A DNA stretch of 39,502 nt from Candidatus Limnocylindrales bacterium (GTDB taxonomy: Bacteria > Eisenbacteria > RBG-16-71-46 > SZUA-252). The position numbers and the translations under genes are program-made. The notes below the pieces were generated by a model. The model had not been told where the DNA came from. It did no database searches and was given only the letters and a program-made list of their open reading frames with translations. Where the stretch lies: the NCBI GenBank assembly GCA_035300625.1, contig DATGVG010000193.1, positions 1 to 39,502 on the forward strand, in the 5' to 3' direction. Below are positions 19,982-29,140 of this stretch, piece by piece (the first letter of the stretch is position 1; every line of letters starts with the position of its first letter).

Positions 19982-21334
19982 TCAACGATCCTCCCAGTCC
20001 TCCACCCACGAGCGCCGGGGCCCGCCCGGCTCCAATACGTCCACCGCCTCGGCCAGGGCGGCCGCGATCGTCTTCAGCGCCTCCGGCTCCGCGATCAGGG
20101 GCGGCGCGATCAGGATCGCGTCGCCGCCGCCGGCGGCGGCGAATCCCGCGGTCGCGTGGACCAGGACGCCCCTGGCGCGGCAGCCCGCCGCCAGCTCTTC
20201 GGCGACGCGGCGGGCGCGCGCGAAGGGGGGGCGCCCCTCGCCCGGGGCCGCCAGCTCCACGCCCCACAAGAACCCGATCCCCCGAACGTCGAACACGGCC
20301 TCGTTCTCCGCGAGCGGCGCGAGCGCGCCCCGGACCTCCGCTTCGCTCTGCCGCACCCGCTCGAAGACGCGCTCTTCCTCGTAGGCGGCCAGCGCCCTCA
20401 GGCCGACGGCGCACGCGACCGGATTCCCCCCGAACGATTGCGCGTGGTGAAACCCGCCGTCCCCTTCGTCCAGTGCGGCAGCCACGCGCTCGGAAATCAG
20501 GACGCCGGCGAGCGGGAAGAATCCCGCGCCGGCTCCCTTCCCGAAGACGACGAGATCGGGCGTCGCCGTTCCGCCGTCCCGCTCCGCCAGCCGGGACCAG
20601 GCGAAGAGCGCTCCCGTCCTGCCGAATCCGGTGAGCACTTCGTCCGCGATCCAGAGGGCGCCCGCGGCGTCGCATCGCTCCCGGACCCGGGCCGCCCAAC
20701 CGCTCGGCGGCACCGCCGCGGCCAAGCCGGCGGCGGGGACGGTTTCGGCGATAAGGGCGGCCGCCTCCTCCGCGCGCTCCAGCGCCGCGCCCGCGCACGC
20801 GAGGGCGCAGGCCGGATAGTTGAGCCCGCGGAAGCAGCGGACGCAGTGGGCCGCTGGCCCGAACGTCCGCTCGCCCAGGAGCCCGCTGAAAGGCGCGCGG
20901 CGGGCGGCATATCCGGTCGCGTCCAGGGCGGCGAGGGTTGCGCCGTGGTAGTGGCCCGCGAGAGAGAGGATTTCCTTCCGATGGCCCGCTCCGCGCGCCC
21001 GCTGGAACCACCACGCCGCCTTGATCGCGACTTCCACCGCCTCACTGCCCGACGAAGTCAGGAGCACGCGCGTGAATGGGGGGCCGGCCGCGCGGAGGAG
21101 CGCCTCGCGGTAGCTCTCTCCCTCGGTCGAGTCGAATGTGGCCGGGCGTGCGTGGGGAAGGCGGGATGCGGTTTCGGTCATCGCCGCGACGAGGTCGGGG
21201 CGTGTATAGCCGAGCTGCATGCAGAAGGCGCCGGAGGTGGCGTCGAGATAGCGGCGTCCAGCCGCGTCCCAGACGTGGATTCCATGGGCCCGGTTCAGCG
21301 TGGGCCGCGGCGGGATCGCGGGCGGCCTGCTCAC
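19982..21334 (-). CDS. Class-III PLP-dependent aminotransferase (BioA / omega-transaminase-like)
   Basis: Motifs LLTSSGSEAVEVAIKAA, WIADEVLTGFGRTGALFA and the catalytic-Lys region VVFGKGAGAGFFPLAG. The proposed GTG start at 21334 (MSRPPAIPPRPTLNRAHGIHVWDAAGRRYLD) gives a typical 450-aa length. The 582-aa track ORF extends upstream over the M23 gene. Confidence 0.85.
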   Translation of the reverse strand: MSRPPAIPPRPTLNRAHGIHVWDAAGRRYLDATSGAFCMQLGYTRPDLVAAMTETASRLPHARPATFDSTEGESYREALLRAAGPPFTRVLLTSSGSEAVEVAIKAAWWFQRARGAGHRKEILSLAGHYHGATLAALDATGYAARRAPFSGLLGERTFGPAAHCVRCFRGLNYPACALACAGAALERAEEAAALIAETVPAAGLAAAVPPSGWAARVRERCDAAGALWIADEVLTGFGRTGALFAWSRLAERDGGTATPDLVVFGKGAGAGFFPLAGVLISERVAAALDEGDGGFHHAQSFGGNPVACAVGLRALAAYEEERVFERVRQSEAEVRGALAPLAENEAVFDVRGIGFLWGVELAAPGEGRPPFARARRVAEELAAGCRARGVLVHATAGFAAAGGGDAILIAPPLIAEPEALKTIAAALAEAVDVLEPGGPRRSWVEDWEDR

Positions 21335-21383
21335 GGCGTGAAGATGACAGCGAAGGGGGCCGGGCGCCAGCCAGATCCGGCGG

Positions 21384-22919
21384 CTATCCCGGCGAGGCGG
21401 TGGCCACGCGAGTCGCCGCCCGCTCCAGGGCTGACGTGCGCTCGTGGCCCAGGCGAAACGCGGAGGCGAGAAGGAGACAGGCTTCGGCGCGAGAGAGGTT
21501 CTTGTCGGAACGGGCAATGGCTTCGAAGCCCGGATCCAGACGTGGAACCGGTACCACCGCCTTGACCGCGCGGCGCCGGATCCTCTTCTTCGGCGCGCCC
21601 GCGGCGACGGCCGGACCGGCCCCGCGGACGGCCCGCGCGAATTCCGCCTCGGCCGCCTTCCGCTGGGCCGCGGTTTCGGCGCGCGCCAGCTGCACCGCCT
21701 CGCGGTCGGCCTGGAGCGCCGCTTCGGCACCCGCGAAGACGCGATTGAAGTCGCCGCAGAGCCGCGCCCGGTCGAAGGCGGCGAGGTTCTGTCCGCGGGC
21801 GGGAGCCTTGTCCAGGCAGCGAAGGAGGATTTCGAGAGCCTCGCTCCGCTTCAAGTGGCCGCCCGCCTCTTCATCCTTTTCCGAGGTCAGGGCCCCTGCT
21901 TCGGCGAGCGTCGTCTGGAGCTCCAGGAAGGAGGGCCGCGCCGCGGAGCCGTTCAGGCGGAACGCCATGACGAGCGCGGCGTAGAAATCGGAGCGGGTGA
22001 TCGATTCGTCGGGATCGAACTGGTCTTCATCCCCGCCCACGATGCCGTCCCGGCAGGCCGCCAGCGCATAGGGAGCTTCCCAGCTTCGCGGGTCCAGATC
22101 GTCGAAGCCCCGTACGTGCTGGCTCAGGAAGGAGACCGGGTCGACCGTGGCCAGGAGCGCGAAGGTGCGATCCTCCACGGTGGGCTCCTCGATGGCAGCC
22201 TCGGCGTCCTGATCCTCGTCGTCCGACGCGGGCAGCGATTTCCGGATTTCCAGGTGGAGGTGCGCCGAGGTGGCATGGCCGGTCCTTCCCACCTGCGCGA
22301 TCACCTGCCCGGCCGCGACCACGTCCCCCTGCTTCACTAGGACCGATCGCGGCTTCAGGTGGCCGTAGAGCGAGTGCACCGTCTCTCCGTCGGGGAGCAC
22401 GTGCCGGATCACGACGTAGTTCCCCCATCCCGTGCGCCACTTGTACACCCACCGGTATCGGGTGCCATTCTTGTAGACGCGCTTTCCGTTCACCATCACC
22501 GGGACCTTGGTCCGCTGCGTCCGGCGCACCTTGATCATCGCCTTGGCGTCCGAGACGACCACGACGCCCGAGCCAATGGCGCGGACCGGGGATCCGCCGC
22601 GGCCGTTCGCCAGATCCACGCCCTTGTGGGAGCGCTGGCCGTGCTTGCCGTGACGGATGACAAGATAGGAATCGGAGATGTGGAAACCGACGGGCTCACC
22701 GGCGTGCGGCTTGGTGAAGTCGAGCTCGTCCCCGACCGGGTAGACGAAAGCGCCGGCGACGGGGGCGGTGGAGGCGGCGCGCTCTTCAGCCGAGGCGAAC
22801 GCAGGGATGGACAGGGCGGCGGCTGCGAGAACGGCAAGGAGAAGCCGCCCCGGGTGGAGCGGCGCCCAGCGCGTCCGGTTACGCGAGGTCCGCGCCCGTG
22901 TGCGCCGCGCGAGCGGCAA
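21384..22919 (-). CDS. Secreted M23-family metallopeptidase with C-terminal SLH-like repeats
   Basis: A signal peptide is followed by the M23 zinc motifs HKGVDL (HxxxD) and TSAHLHLEI (HxH). A basic insertion of about 40 aa precedes GWGNYVVIRH. The C-terminal half carries SLH-like segments (FDDLDPRSWEAPYALAACRDGIVGGDEDQFDPDESITRSDFYAALVMAF, and more degenerate copies). Confidence 0.8.
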   Translation of the reverse strand: MPLARRTRARTSRNRTRWAPLHPGRLLLAVLAAAALSIPAFASAEERAASTAPVAGAFVYPVGDELDFTKPHAGEPVGFHISDSYLVIRHGKHGQRSHKGVDLANGRGGSPVRAIGSGVVVVSDAKAMIKVRRTQRTKVPVMVNGKRVYKNGTRYRWVYKWRTGWGNYVVIRHVLPDGETVHSLYGHLKPRSVLVKQGDVVAAGQVIAQVGRTGHATSAHLHLEIRKSLPASDDEDQDAEAAIEEPTVEDRTFALLATVDPVSFLSQHVRGFDDLDPRSWEAPYALAACRDGIVGGDEDQFDPDESITRSDFYAALVMAFRLNGSAARPSFLELQTTLAEAGALTSEKDEEAGGHLKRSEALEILLRCLDKAPARGQNLAAFDRARLCGDFNRVFAGAEAALQADREAVQLARAETAAQRKAAEAEFARAVRGAGPAVAAGAPKKRIRRRAVKAVVPVPRLDPGFEAIARSDKNLSRAEACLLLASAFRLGHERTSALERAATRVATASPG

Positions 22920-22921
22920 CC

Positions 22922-23959
22922 CTATTCACTCTCCAAGGGGGTGTCGAGATCGCGATGAAGGGCGAAGCGGAAGGTCCAGTCGAGGATTCGCTTCGCCTCC
23001 GCGAACCGCAAGGCATTGCTCGGCGCGCCCAGGAGGACGGCCGTGACTTCCGCGCCGGACGGCGCCTGGATGTTGGTGGCCAGGCAGTAGCCCGATTCGC
23101 TGATGAAGCCCGTCTTGCCCGCGGTCACCCGCCACTTGCTCCTCAATAGCCGGTTGGTGTTGATCAGGCTGTGGAGCCGACGGTTGGACGTGAAGGTGTA
23201 CTGCTCCTTCTGCATGATCGTGCTGACCAGCTCGTTCGAAGCCGCGGCGCGAAGCAGCTTGGCCACGGCCTGGGCGGTCGCCACGTTCTGTTCGTCCAGC
23301 CCGGTGGGCTCGACGAAGTGGGCCCCAGTGAGCCCCAGCGAATCCGCCTTCACGTTCATCCGCCGCACGAACTCCATCCGATCCAGCCCGCACGTGCGGG
23401 ACAGCGCCCTCGTGGCCACGTTGTCCGAGGACATCAGCGCGGCGTGGATCAGGTCGCGGACGGTGATCTCCTCGTGAGCCCGGATGTGGGAGTGGCTTGA
23501 ATGGTACTTGTCCTCGGGGAGGACCTCGACGACCCGGTCCCAATCAGGGGCGGTATCCAGGAGGACCATGGCGGTGACAAGCTTGGTCAGGCTGGCGATG
23601 GGGTAGACCCGCTCGGGGTTCTTCTGGAACAGCACCTGCCCGCTGGCGTCTTCTACGTAGGCCGCCTTCACGTGAAGGCGTGGGATTCCGTAGGGAGTGA
23701 TCGCTGGAAGCCGGAGCGCCAGGGCCCGGCGACGACGGCGGACGCGGCGGTGCCTGACGACGCGGCTGGTTGCGGTGGCGTGGTGGCGCGCGCCTCTCCC
23801 TCGGGCGCTTCGCGAAGCGGCCTGGGCGTCGCGGGCCTCGGCGGCAAGGCCAAAAGCAATGAAGGCGCAAAGAATTAACGAGAATTTTCGCAGATTCCGA
23901 GGTGAGGCCATGTGATGCGAGGTCATAGAGGCTTCTGCCCTCATCCGTGAGTAACTCAC
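22922..23959 (-). CDS. D-alanyl-D-alanine carboxypeptidase/endopeptidase (peptidase S11, low-molecular-weight PBP)
   Basis: Motifs SxxK (ASLTK), SxN (SSDN) and KTG (GKTGF), with a signal peptide (KFSLILCAFIAFGLAAEA). The start is uncertain: GTG 23959 or internal ATGs. The stop lies 2 bp upstream of the M23 start. Confidence 0.88.
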   Translation of the reverse strand: MSYSRMRAEASMTSHHMASPRNLRKFSLILCAFIAFGLAAEARDAQAASRSARGRGARHHATATSRVVRHRRVRRRRRALALRLPAITPYGIPRLHVKAAYVEDASGQVLFQKNPERVYPIASLTKLVTAMVLLDTAPDWDRVVEVLPEDKYHSSHSHIRAHEEITVRDLIHAALMSSDNVATRALSRTCGLDRMEFVRRMNVKADSLGLTGAHFVEPTGLDEQNVATAQAVAKLLRAAASNELVSTIMQKEQYTFTSNRRLHSLINTNRLLRSKWRVTAGKTGFISESGYCLATNIQAPSGAEVTAVLLGAPSNALRFAEAKRILDWTFRFALHRDLDTPLESE

Positions 23960-24205
23960 TGCACAGCGGTCTTGCGGAGAGGCGAGGAGAACGCCCCTCT
24001 TAGAGTTATCGGGATCGGGCAGGCAGAACTGAAGGGGTAGTTCGTGCCCGACAGACTCGGAAGCTGCTTCTGCACATAATCATAGCATGAGCCGAGTCGG
24101 GGTGTCCATCCCGGGAGCGGGTCCGGCTGGAGGGAGGGGGGAAGCGGCGCACAGGGCCCCCTGCGCGCCTCCTCCAACCGTTTTCAAAGTAACAGGTTGC
24201 GGCTC

Positions 24206-24928
24206 CTAGTCGTTGTCCCCGTTGTCCCGCGAGCGGTTGTCGTTGTCGTCATTGGACTGATGAAGCTCGGCGCGGAGCGCGCGGACTTCCTCCCGAAGCT
24301 GCTCCAGCTCCTTCCGGAGCTCCCGGATCTGCTGCCGGACCTGGTCACGGTCGCCCATCGTCGGGGGCATCGGCATCGCCATCGGCGCGTCGCCGTCGTC
24401 GTTGCCCGTTCCCCAGCCTCCCATGTTGGGGGGCATGCCCGGCATACCCGGCCGGGTCTTCGGCCGCACATCCAGCTGGGCGGTGATCGTTCGGAGAGCG
24501 CCGGAGCGCCACAGGGTAATCCGCACCTTGCTGCCGGCGTCGAGCTGCCGGACCGAGCGGATCAGGTCGGCGGAATCCTGGACCTTGTCCCCGTTTATCT
24601 CGACGATCACGTCGCCGCGACGGATTCCGTTCCGATCGGCGGGGCTGTCTTGCTCGACCCGGTTGACCAGGGCGCCTTCTTCCGTGGGGAGATTCCGGGC
24701 GCGCTGGAGGGCGCGGGTGACGTCCTGGACCTGTACGCCCAGGAACCCGCCTCCCGAGGCGGAATTGTCGTCCTTGTTCTGGTAGATCCGGACGGTGCCG
24801 GAACGCCCGTTATCCTGGTCGTCCTGGTCGTCCTGCGCTCTCGCCGCCATGGGGGCGACGAGCAGCGACAGCGCCAGCCCGAGAGCCGCGAGGCTCCCGG
24901 CCGGCCGCAGTGCCTGAGACAATGGCAT
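24206..24928 (-). CDS. Secreted PDZ-domain protein with a C-terminal coiled coil
   Basis: ATG 24928 is preceded by GGAGGAG with a 7-nt spacer. The protein has a signal peptide (LAALGLALSLLVAPMAARA), a PDZ core (GFLGVQVQDV...GALVNRVEQDSPADRNGIRRGDVIVEINGDKV) and a heptad-like segment (QQIRELRKELEQLREEVRALRAEL). Acidic D/N/Q-rich low-complexity stretches follow the signal peptide and end the protein. Confidence 0.8.
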   Translation of the reverse strand: MPLSQALRPAGSLAALGLALSLLVAPMAARAQDDQDDQDNGRSGTVRIYQNKDDNSASGGGFLGVQVQDVTRALQRARNLPTEEGALVNRVEQDSPADRNGIRRGDVIVEINGDKVQDSADLIRSVRQLDAGSKVRITLWRSGALRTITAQLDVRPKTRPGMPGMPPNMGGWGTGNDDGDAPMAMPMPPTMGDRDQVRQQIRELRKELEQLREEVRALRAELHQSNDDNDNRSRDNGDND

Positions 24929-25029
24929 GGTGGTACTCCTCCGTATTGGATGGGTGGGGTGCGCCACGCTTCTCTCTCCGGTCTACCGCGGGGGCCAGCC
25001 GAAGTTCCCGCCTCCCTTGGACGGCGGAA

Positions 25030-26343
25030 CTAGTTGGCCGGTTGGAGCCGGAATGAGGCGCAGCCCGCCTTTTCGGAGAGCGCGCCGATTGGACCACACG
25101 GAGCGCGCAGCGCGGGCGACAGGTCGCGGAGCTTGAAATTGCCGCGCTCCGCGTCGCAAAAAAGAGGGTCCCCGACCCAGGTGTTGGCGGAGGGCAGCGC
25201 ACCAATGGACCCTCCGGACGGATCCCAAATGAGGTTGCAGTCGAATCGCGGGGTGGTCTGCATCCCCGAGACGGCGCGCTGATCGCGGCTCACGACAAAG
25301 ATGTTGTTGCGCACCTCAGGTGAAACGTCGACGAAGTAGAGCGTGCCTCCATCTCCGGTGTCGTTCTGGTAAAACGTGTTGTTGGAGAGCACCGGGTTCA
25401 CGTTTGCGGTCTTGCGTCTCACGATGCCGACGGCGGCGGCGGCCACGACCGCCGTATTGCGGTCGAATATCGAGTATCCCACATTCATGCTCGATCCATC
25501 GGCGTGAAGCGCGCCGGCCGAGCCCCCGTGGTTCTTCTGGAAGAACGATCGGGAGACGTTCACCATGGAGCCGCTCATCACGGCCACCGCGCCGCCCGCC
25601 ACGTCCGTCGAGTTTTCCCGGAACGTGCAGTTGGCGATGGTTGCCTCGGACGAGTCGGCCGCGTTCACGGCGCCCCCCGTGGCCCCGTGGGCCCGGTTCC
25701 GCTCGAAGAGGTTTTCCCGGAGCGGGATGACCAGGTGGCTGCCGACCAGCGCCAGGGCGCCCCCGTCGTAGCCTTCGTTCTCCGTGAATTCGCACGTGAA
25801 TACGGCCCCGGTGGAATTGTTGAAGCGGACGCCGGTCCCCTTGTTCTGGCGCACCCGGCATCCGCCCATGGAGATTTCGTCGGACGCCCAGACGCCGACC
25901 GCCGATTCCCAGTTCTTCGTAAAGGTGCAGTCGCGGATTTCGAAGGAGGAATCGCGAACGCACTGGATCCCGCCGCCCCCGTTCGCCTTGCCGCGGCGGA
26001 TCCCGAAGCCGATGAGCGAGCCCCCCCGCACGCCCTCGACATGGAGCACGCGGACGCTGTCGCCCCCGTCGAGGATGGTGCTGTCCGGGCCGCCCTCGCC
26101 GAAGAGGACCAGGCGCTTCCGGATCTCGAACGGGCCGGGATAGACCCCGGCCGCCACCCAGATCGTGTCTCCCGTCTCCGCGGCGTTCAACGCGCCCTGG
26201 AGCGTGCGGTGTTCCTGGGGCACGAAGCGGCGCCTCGCCTCCGCCGCGTGGGGTACCGCGGCGAGGAGGAGGAGCGCCGCCAGGAGACGGCTCGCGCGTC
26301 TACGGCCCACCCGCGCCTCCGGGCGTGGTCGCCGGCCCCGCAT
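25030..26343 (-). CDS. Secreted right-handed parallel beta-helix repeat protein
   Basis: 437-aa ORF with an Arg-rich signal peptide and repeated PbH1-like units (IRDCTFTKN, FTCEFTEN, IANCTFREN, VSRSFFQKN, YSIFDRN, LSNNTFYQN, VRNNIF). Its start overlaps the upstream M16 stop by 44 bp. Confidence 0.75.
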   Translation of the reverse strand: MRGRRPRPEARVGRRRASRLLAALLLLAAVPHAAEARRRFVPQEHRTLQGALNAAETGDTIWVAAGVYPGPFEIRKRLVLFGEGGPDSTILDGGDSVRVLHVEGVRGGSLIGFGIRRGKANGGGGIQCVRDSSFEIRDCTFTKNWESAVGVWASDEISMGGCRVRQNKGTGVRFNNSTGAVFTCEFTENEGYDGGALALVGSHLVIPLRENLFERNRAHGATGGAVNAADSSEATIANCTFRENSTDVAGGAVAVMSGSMVNVSRSFFQKNHGGSAGALHADGSSMNVGYSIFDRNTAVVAAAAVGIVRRKTANVNPVLSNNTFYQNDTGDGGTLYFVDVSPEVRNNIFVVSRDQRAVSGMQTTPRFDCNLIWDPSGGSIGALPSANTWVGDPLFCDAERGNFKLRDLSPALRAPCGPIGALSEKAGCASFRLQPAN

Positions 26344-29140
26344 TCTGGGGCGTAGCGTTTCCTGCCGGGCCGACCGATCCCGCGATCACGAGCGCGTAGC
26401 CGGACTTTGGCTTGAGATACGCACGCGCCGCCGCGGCGGCCGACTCGCGGGTGATCCCGCGCACGATCGACGCGTAGCGCTCGATGTAGTCCAGGCCCAG
26501 ACCGTAGAGCTCGGCGGTCAGGAGCTGGGAGGCGACCCCGGCGTTCGTCTCCAGCCGCACGGGAAAAACGCCGGTCAGGTAGTCCTTCGCGTCCTCCATC
26601 TCCTGGGCGGTCGGTCCCTCCTCAGACATGCGCCGCACCTGCTCGAGCACGCTCGCGACTGCCCGGTCCGCGTTCGCGGGATTCGTTCCCGCGCGGATCG
26701 AGAGCGGTCCCGCGCCGATCCCCGCGGACAGCGAGGAGTAGACGCCGTAGACCAGCCCCTGCTCGTCGCGCAGGTTGTTCATCAGCCGGCTGGACAGGGA
26801 GCCGCCGCCGAGGATGTAGTTCATCATCATCGCCGCGTCGTAATCGGGCGCCGTCCGCGCGATCCCCGGAACCGCGTAGACCACGTCGGTCTGCGATTTC
26901 CCCTTCATCGGGACCTTCAAATTCAGGACCGAGGCGGGCGGGTCGGCGTTGGGCACCTGGAACGGGGGCGGCGCCGGGAGCTTGGCCCACGCGCCGAATG
27001 CCGCGCGAACCAGCTCGGTCGCCTGCTTCAGGTCCACGTCGCCCACCAGCACCAGCACCGTGTTGTTCGGCCCGTAGTGGCGCGCGTGGAACGCGGCCAG
27101 GTCGCCCTTGGTGATCACCTGGAGCGTCGAGTCCGTCCCGAGCGGATGGTCGTGATAGGGATGGCCCACCGGGTAGAGAAGCTGGTTCGCGCGGCGGGCG
27201 GCCACGCTCGCCGTGGAATTCTCGGCGATCTGGTAGTCGGTGATCCGCTCGGCGCGGATCTTCTCGATCTTGTCCGCCGGGAAGGCCGGATTCCGGAGCG
27301 CGTCCGCCAGCACGTCGAGCACGGCGGGAAGATCGGGGGAGAGCATGGTCGCGGAGAAAGACGCGGTCTCGGAGCCGCCGTCGAAGCCAAGGCGGGCGCC
27401 AACGTTCTCGACCGCCTCCGCCATCTGGAGCGCGGTCCTCTTGGCCGTTCCCTGGTCGAGCATGGCCGCGACGAAGCCGGCCAGGCCGCTCTTTCCGGGC
27501 GGATCGAAGATGCCCCCCGCGCGGACGAGGCCCTGGAGCGAGACGGTCGGGTTGGCGGAGTTTCGGCGGACGATGAGCGTGAGGCCGTTCGGCAGCACCG
27601 TCCGGTAGGCGGGAGCGCCCATCGCGCGCGCGGCGCCCGCCGGGGCGGCCGACGCACCCGCCGCCGCCGCGTCACCCTCGGGGCGGTAGTGCTCGACCCA
27701 GCGGGCAGGCGCGGTGCCCGGGCCGTCGCCGGACCCGCCGCTTCCCGCCGGGCCGGCGGCCTGCGCCTCCTCGGTCGGGTCGTACCAGCCCACGGTGCGC
27801 GAGTTCTCGGTCAGATACGCCGCCGCCACGCGCTGCAGATCGGCGGCCGACACCGCGCGAACGCGGTCGAGATAGGTGCCCAGATAGCGCCAGGTGGCCA
27901 CGGTGTTGTAATACCCCAATTGCTGCGCCAGGCTCCGGATGGAATCCTTGGAGTAGACGAATCCCGCCTCCACCTGCTTCTTTGCCCGGTCCAGCTCCTT
28001 GGTGGTGACCGGCTCCCGCTTCAGACGGTCGATCTCGGCCGTGAGAGCGGCCTCGACCTGGTCCAGGGACTTCCCGGGAGCAGCCGTGGCCTGCGTCATG
28101 AAGAGCATCGGATCGCGCCCGGTCTCGTTCGAGGCGTCGACCTCGGTCGCCAGCTTTTTCTCGACCAGCGCCTGGTAGAGCCGCGAGGTCTGGCCGTGGC
28201 CCAGGATGATCCCGAGGACGTCCAGCGCGTAGGTGTCCGCGTGCGTCATCTCCGGATTTCGGTAAGCGACGAGCAGGTAGCGCGTGTCGCCGGGCTTCCG
28301 GATCTTGAACCGGCGCTCGCCCAGCTGCTGCGGCTCCACCGTCGTCACCGGGGGCGGCTCGGTCCCCTTCGGGATCGCGCCGAAGTAGCGCTTCACCATG
28401 GCGAGCACAGCGCCCTTGTCCACGTCGCCCACGACGACCACGGTCGCGTTGTTCGGCATGTAGTGGCGCTTGTAGTAGTCGCGGATCTGGCTGGTCCGGA
28501 TCTGTTCCACGTCGGTACGCCAGCCGATCGTGGGCCAGTGGTACGGGTGCGCCTTGAAGGCCTGCGCCATCGCTTCGATATACAGGGCGCGCTCGGGATT
28601 GTCCTCGTTCCGCTCCAGCTCGGAGCGGACCACGGTCATCTCCAGGCGGTGCTCCTCATCGGGGATCGTCGCGTTCACCATGCGGTCGGACTCGATCTTC
28701 ATCGCCAGCTCCAGCCGGTCGCTCGCCAGCACTTCGTAGTACTCCGTGTAGTCGAGCGAGGTGCCGGCGTTGAACGAGGCGCCGTTCTTCTGGAGCTGGC
28801 GGGCGATCTCCCCCTTGCCGAAGGTCGGAGTCCCCTTGAACATCATGTGCTCTAAGAGGTGCGAGATGCCGGTCTCGCCGGCCGTCTCGTTCCGCGAGCC
28901 TACCTTGTACCAGACCATGAACGACACCACCGGCGCCGTGTGGACTTCCTGGACGAGGACGGTGAGCCCGTTCTCTAGGATTGTCTCGGATACGGGGGAC
29001 TGCGCCGCGGCGGCCGCGGTGGAAATCGCCATCGATCGGGTTCCTTTGCTCGAAGATTTGGGGCCGGCCGAGGCCGGAGTCGCGTGCATCGCCGTGAGCG
29101 CCAGGATGGCGAGAAGCCATGCCGAGGGGTGCCGCATCAT
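26300..29140 (-). CDS. Fused two-unit M16 (pitrilysin-family) zinc peptidase
   Basis: ATG 29140 is preceded by AGGGAGGA. After a signal peptide, the first half carries the inverted zinc motif HLLEHMMFKGT (HxxEH). The second half (from about APAYRTVLPNGLTLIV) is M16-like but has GFVAAMLDQGT in place of HxxEH. The protein is 946 aa. The 1458-aa track ORF extends upstream over rlmD in another frame. Confidence 0.85.
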   Translation of the reverse strand: MMRHPSAWLLAILALTAMHATPASAGPKSSSKGTRSMAISTAAAAAQSPVSETILENGLTVLVQEVHTAPVVSFMVWYKVGSRNETAGETGISHLLEHMMFKGTPTFGKGEIARQLQKNGASFNAGTSLDYTEYYEVLASDRLELAMKIESDRMVNATIPDEEHRLEMTVVRSELERNEDNPERALYIEAMAQAFKAHPYHWPTIGWRTDVEQIRTSQIRDYYKRHYMPNNATVVVVGDVDKGAVLAMVKRYFGAIPKGTEPPPVTTVEPQQLGERRFKIRKPGDTRYLLVAYRNPEMTHADTYALDVLGIILGHGQTSRLYQALVEKKLATEVDASNETGRDPMLFMTQATAAPGKSLDQVEAALTAEIDRLKREPVTTKELDRAKKQVEAGFVYSKDSIRSLAQQLGYYNTVATWRYLGTYLDRVRAVSAADLQRVAAAYLTENSRTVGWYDPTEEAQAAGPAGSGGSGDGPGTAPARWVEHYRPEGDAAAAGASAAPAGAARAMGAPAYRTVLPNGLTLIVRRNSANPTVSLQGLVRAGGIFDPPGKSGLAGFVAAMLDQGTAKRTALQMAEAVENVGARLGFDGGSETASFSATMLSPDLPAVLDVLADALRNPAFPADKIEKIRAERITDYQIAENSTASVAARRANQLLYPVGHPYHDHPLGTDSTLQVITKGDLAAFHARHYGPNNTVLVLVGDVDLKQATELVRAAFGAWAKLPAPPPFQVPNADPPASVLNLKVPMKGKSQTDVVYAVPGIARTAPDYDAAMMMNYILGGGSLSSRLMNNLRDEQGLVYGVYSSLSAGIGAGPLSIRAGTNPANADRAVASVLEQVRRMSEEGPTAQEMEDAKDYLTGVFPVRLETNAGVASQLLTAELYGLGLDYIERYASIVRGITRESAAAAARAYLKPKSGYALVIAGSVGPAGNATPQNAGPATTPGGAGGP

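Noticed and set aside
19951-20634. Remainder of the 320-aa ORF 19672-20634(+) as a full-length crcB or a novel gene
   Set aside because: Beyond residue ~48 of the CrcB-like part the sequence is Pro/Arg/Ser-rich with no TM segments. It is antisense to the well-supported aminotransferase.
21335-21730. 582-aa version of the aminotransferase
   Set aside because: The upstream 132 codons are Arg/Pro-rich and mostly overlap the 3-prime end of the M23 gene out of frame. GTG 21334 gives a standard ~450-aa class-III aminotransferase.
24130-24205. Hairpin ggcgcgcag...ctgtgcgcc downstream of the PDZ gene as an intrinsic terminator
   Set aside because: The stem needs a G-U pair and is followed by a C-rich rather than U-rich tract, so support is insufficient to call it a terminator.
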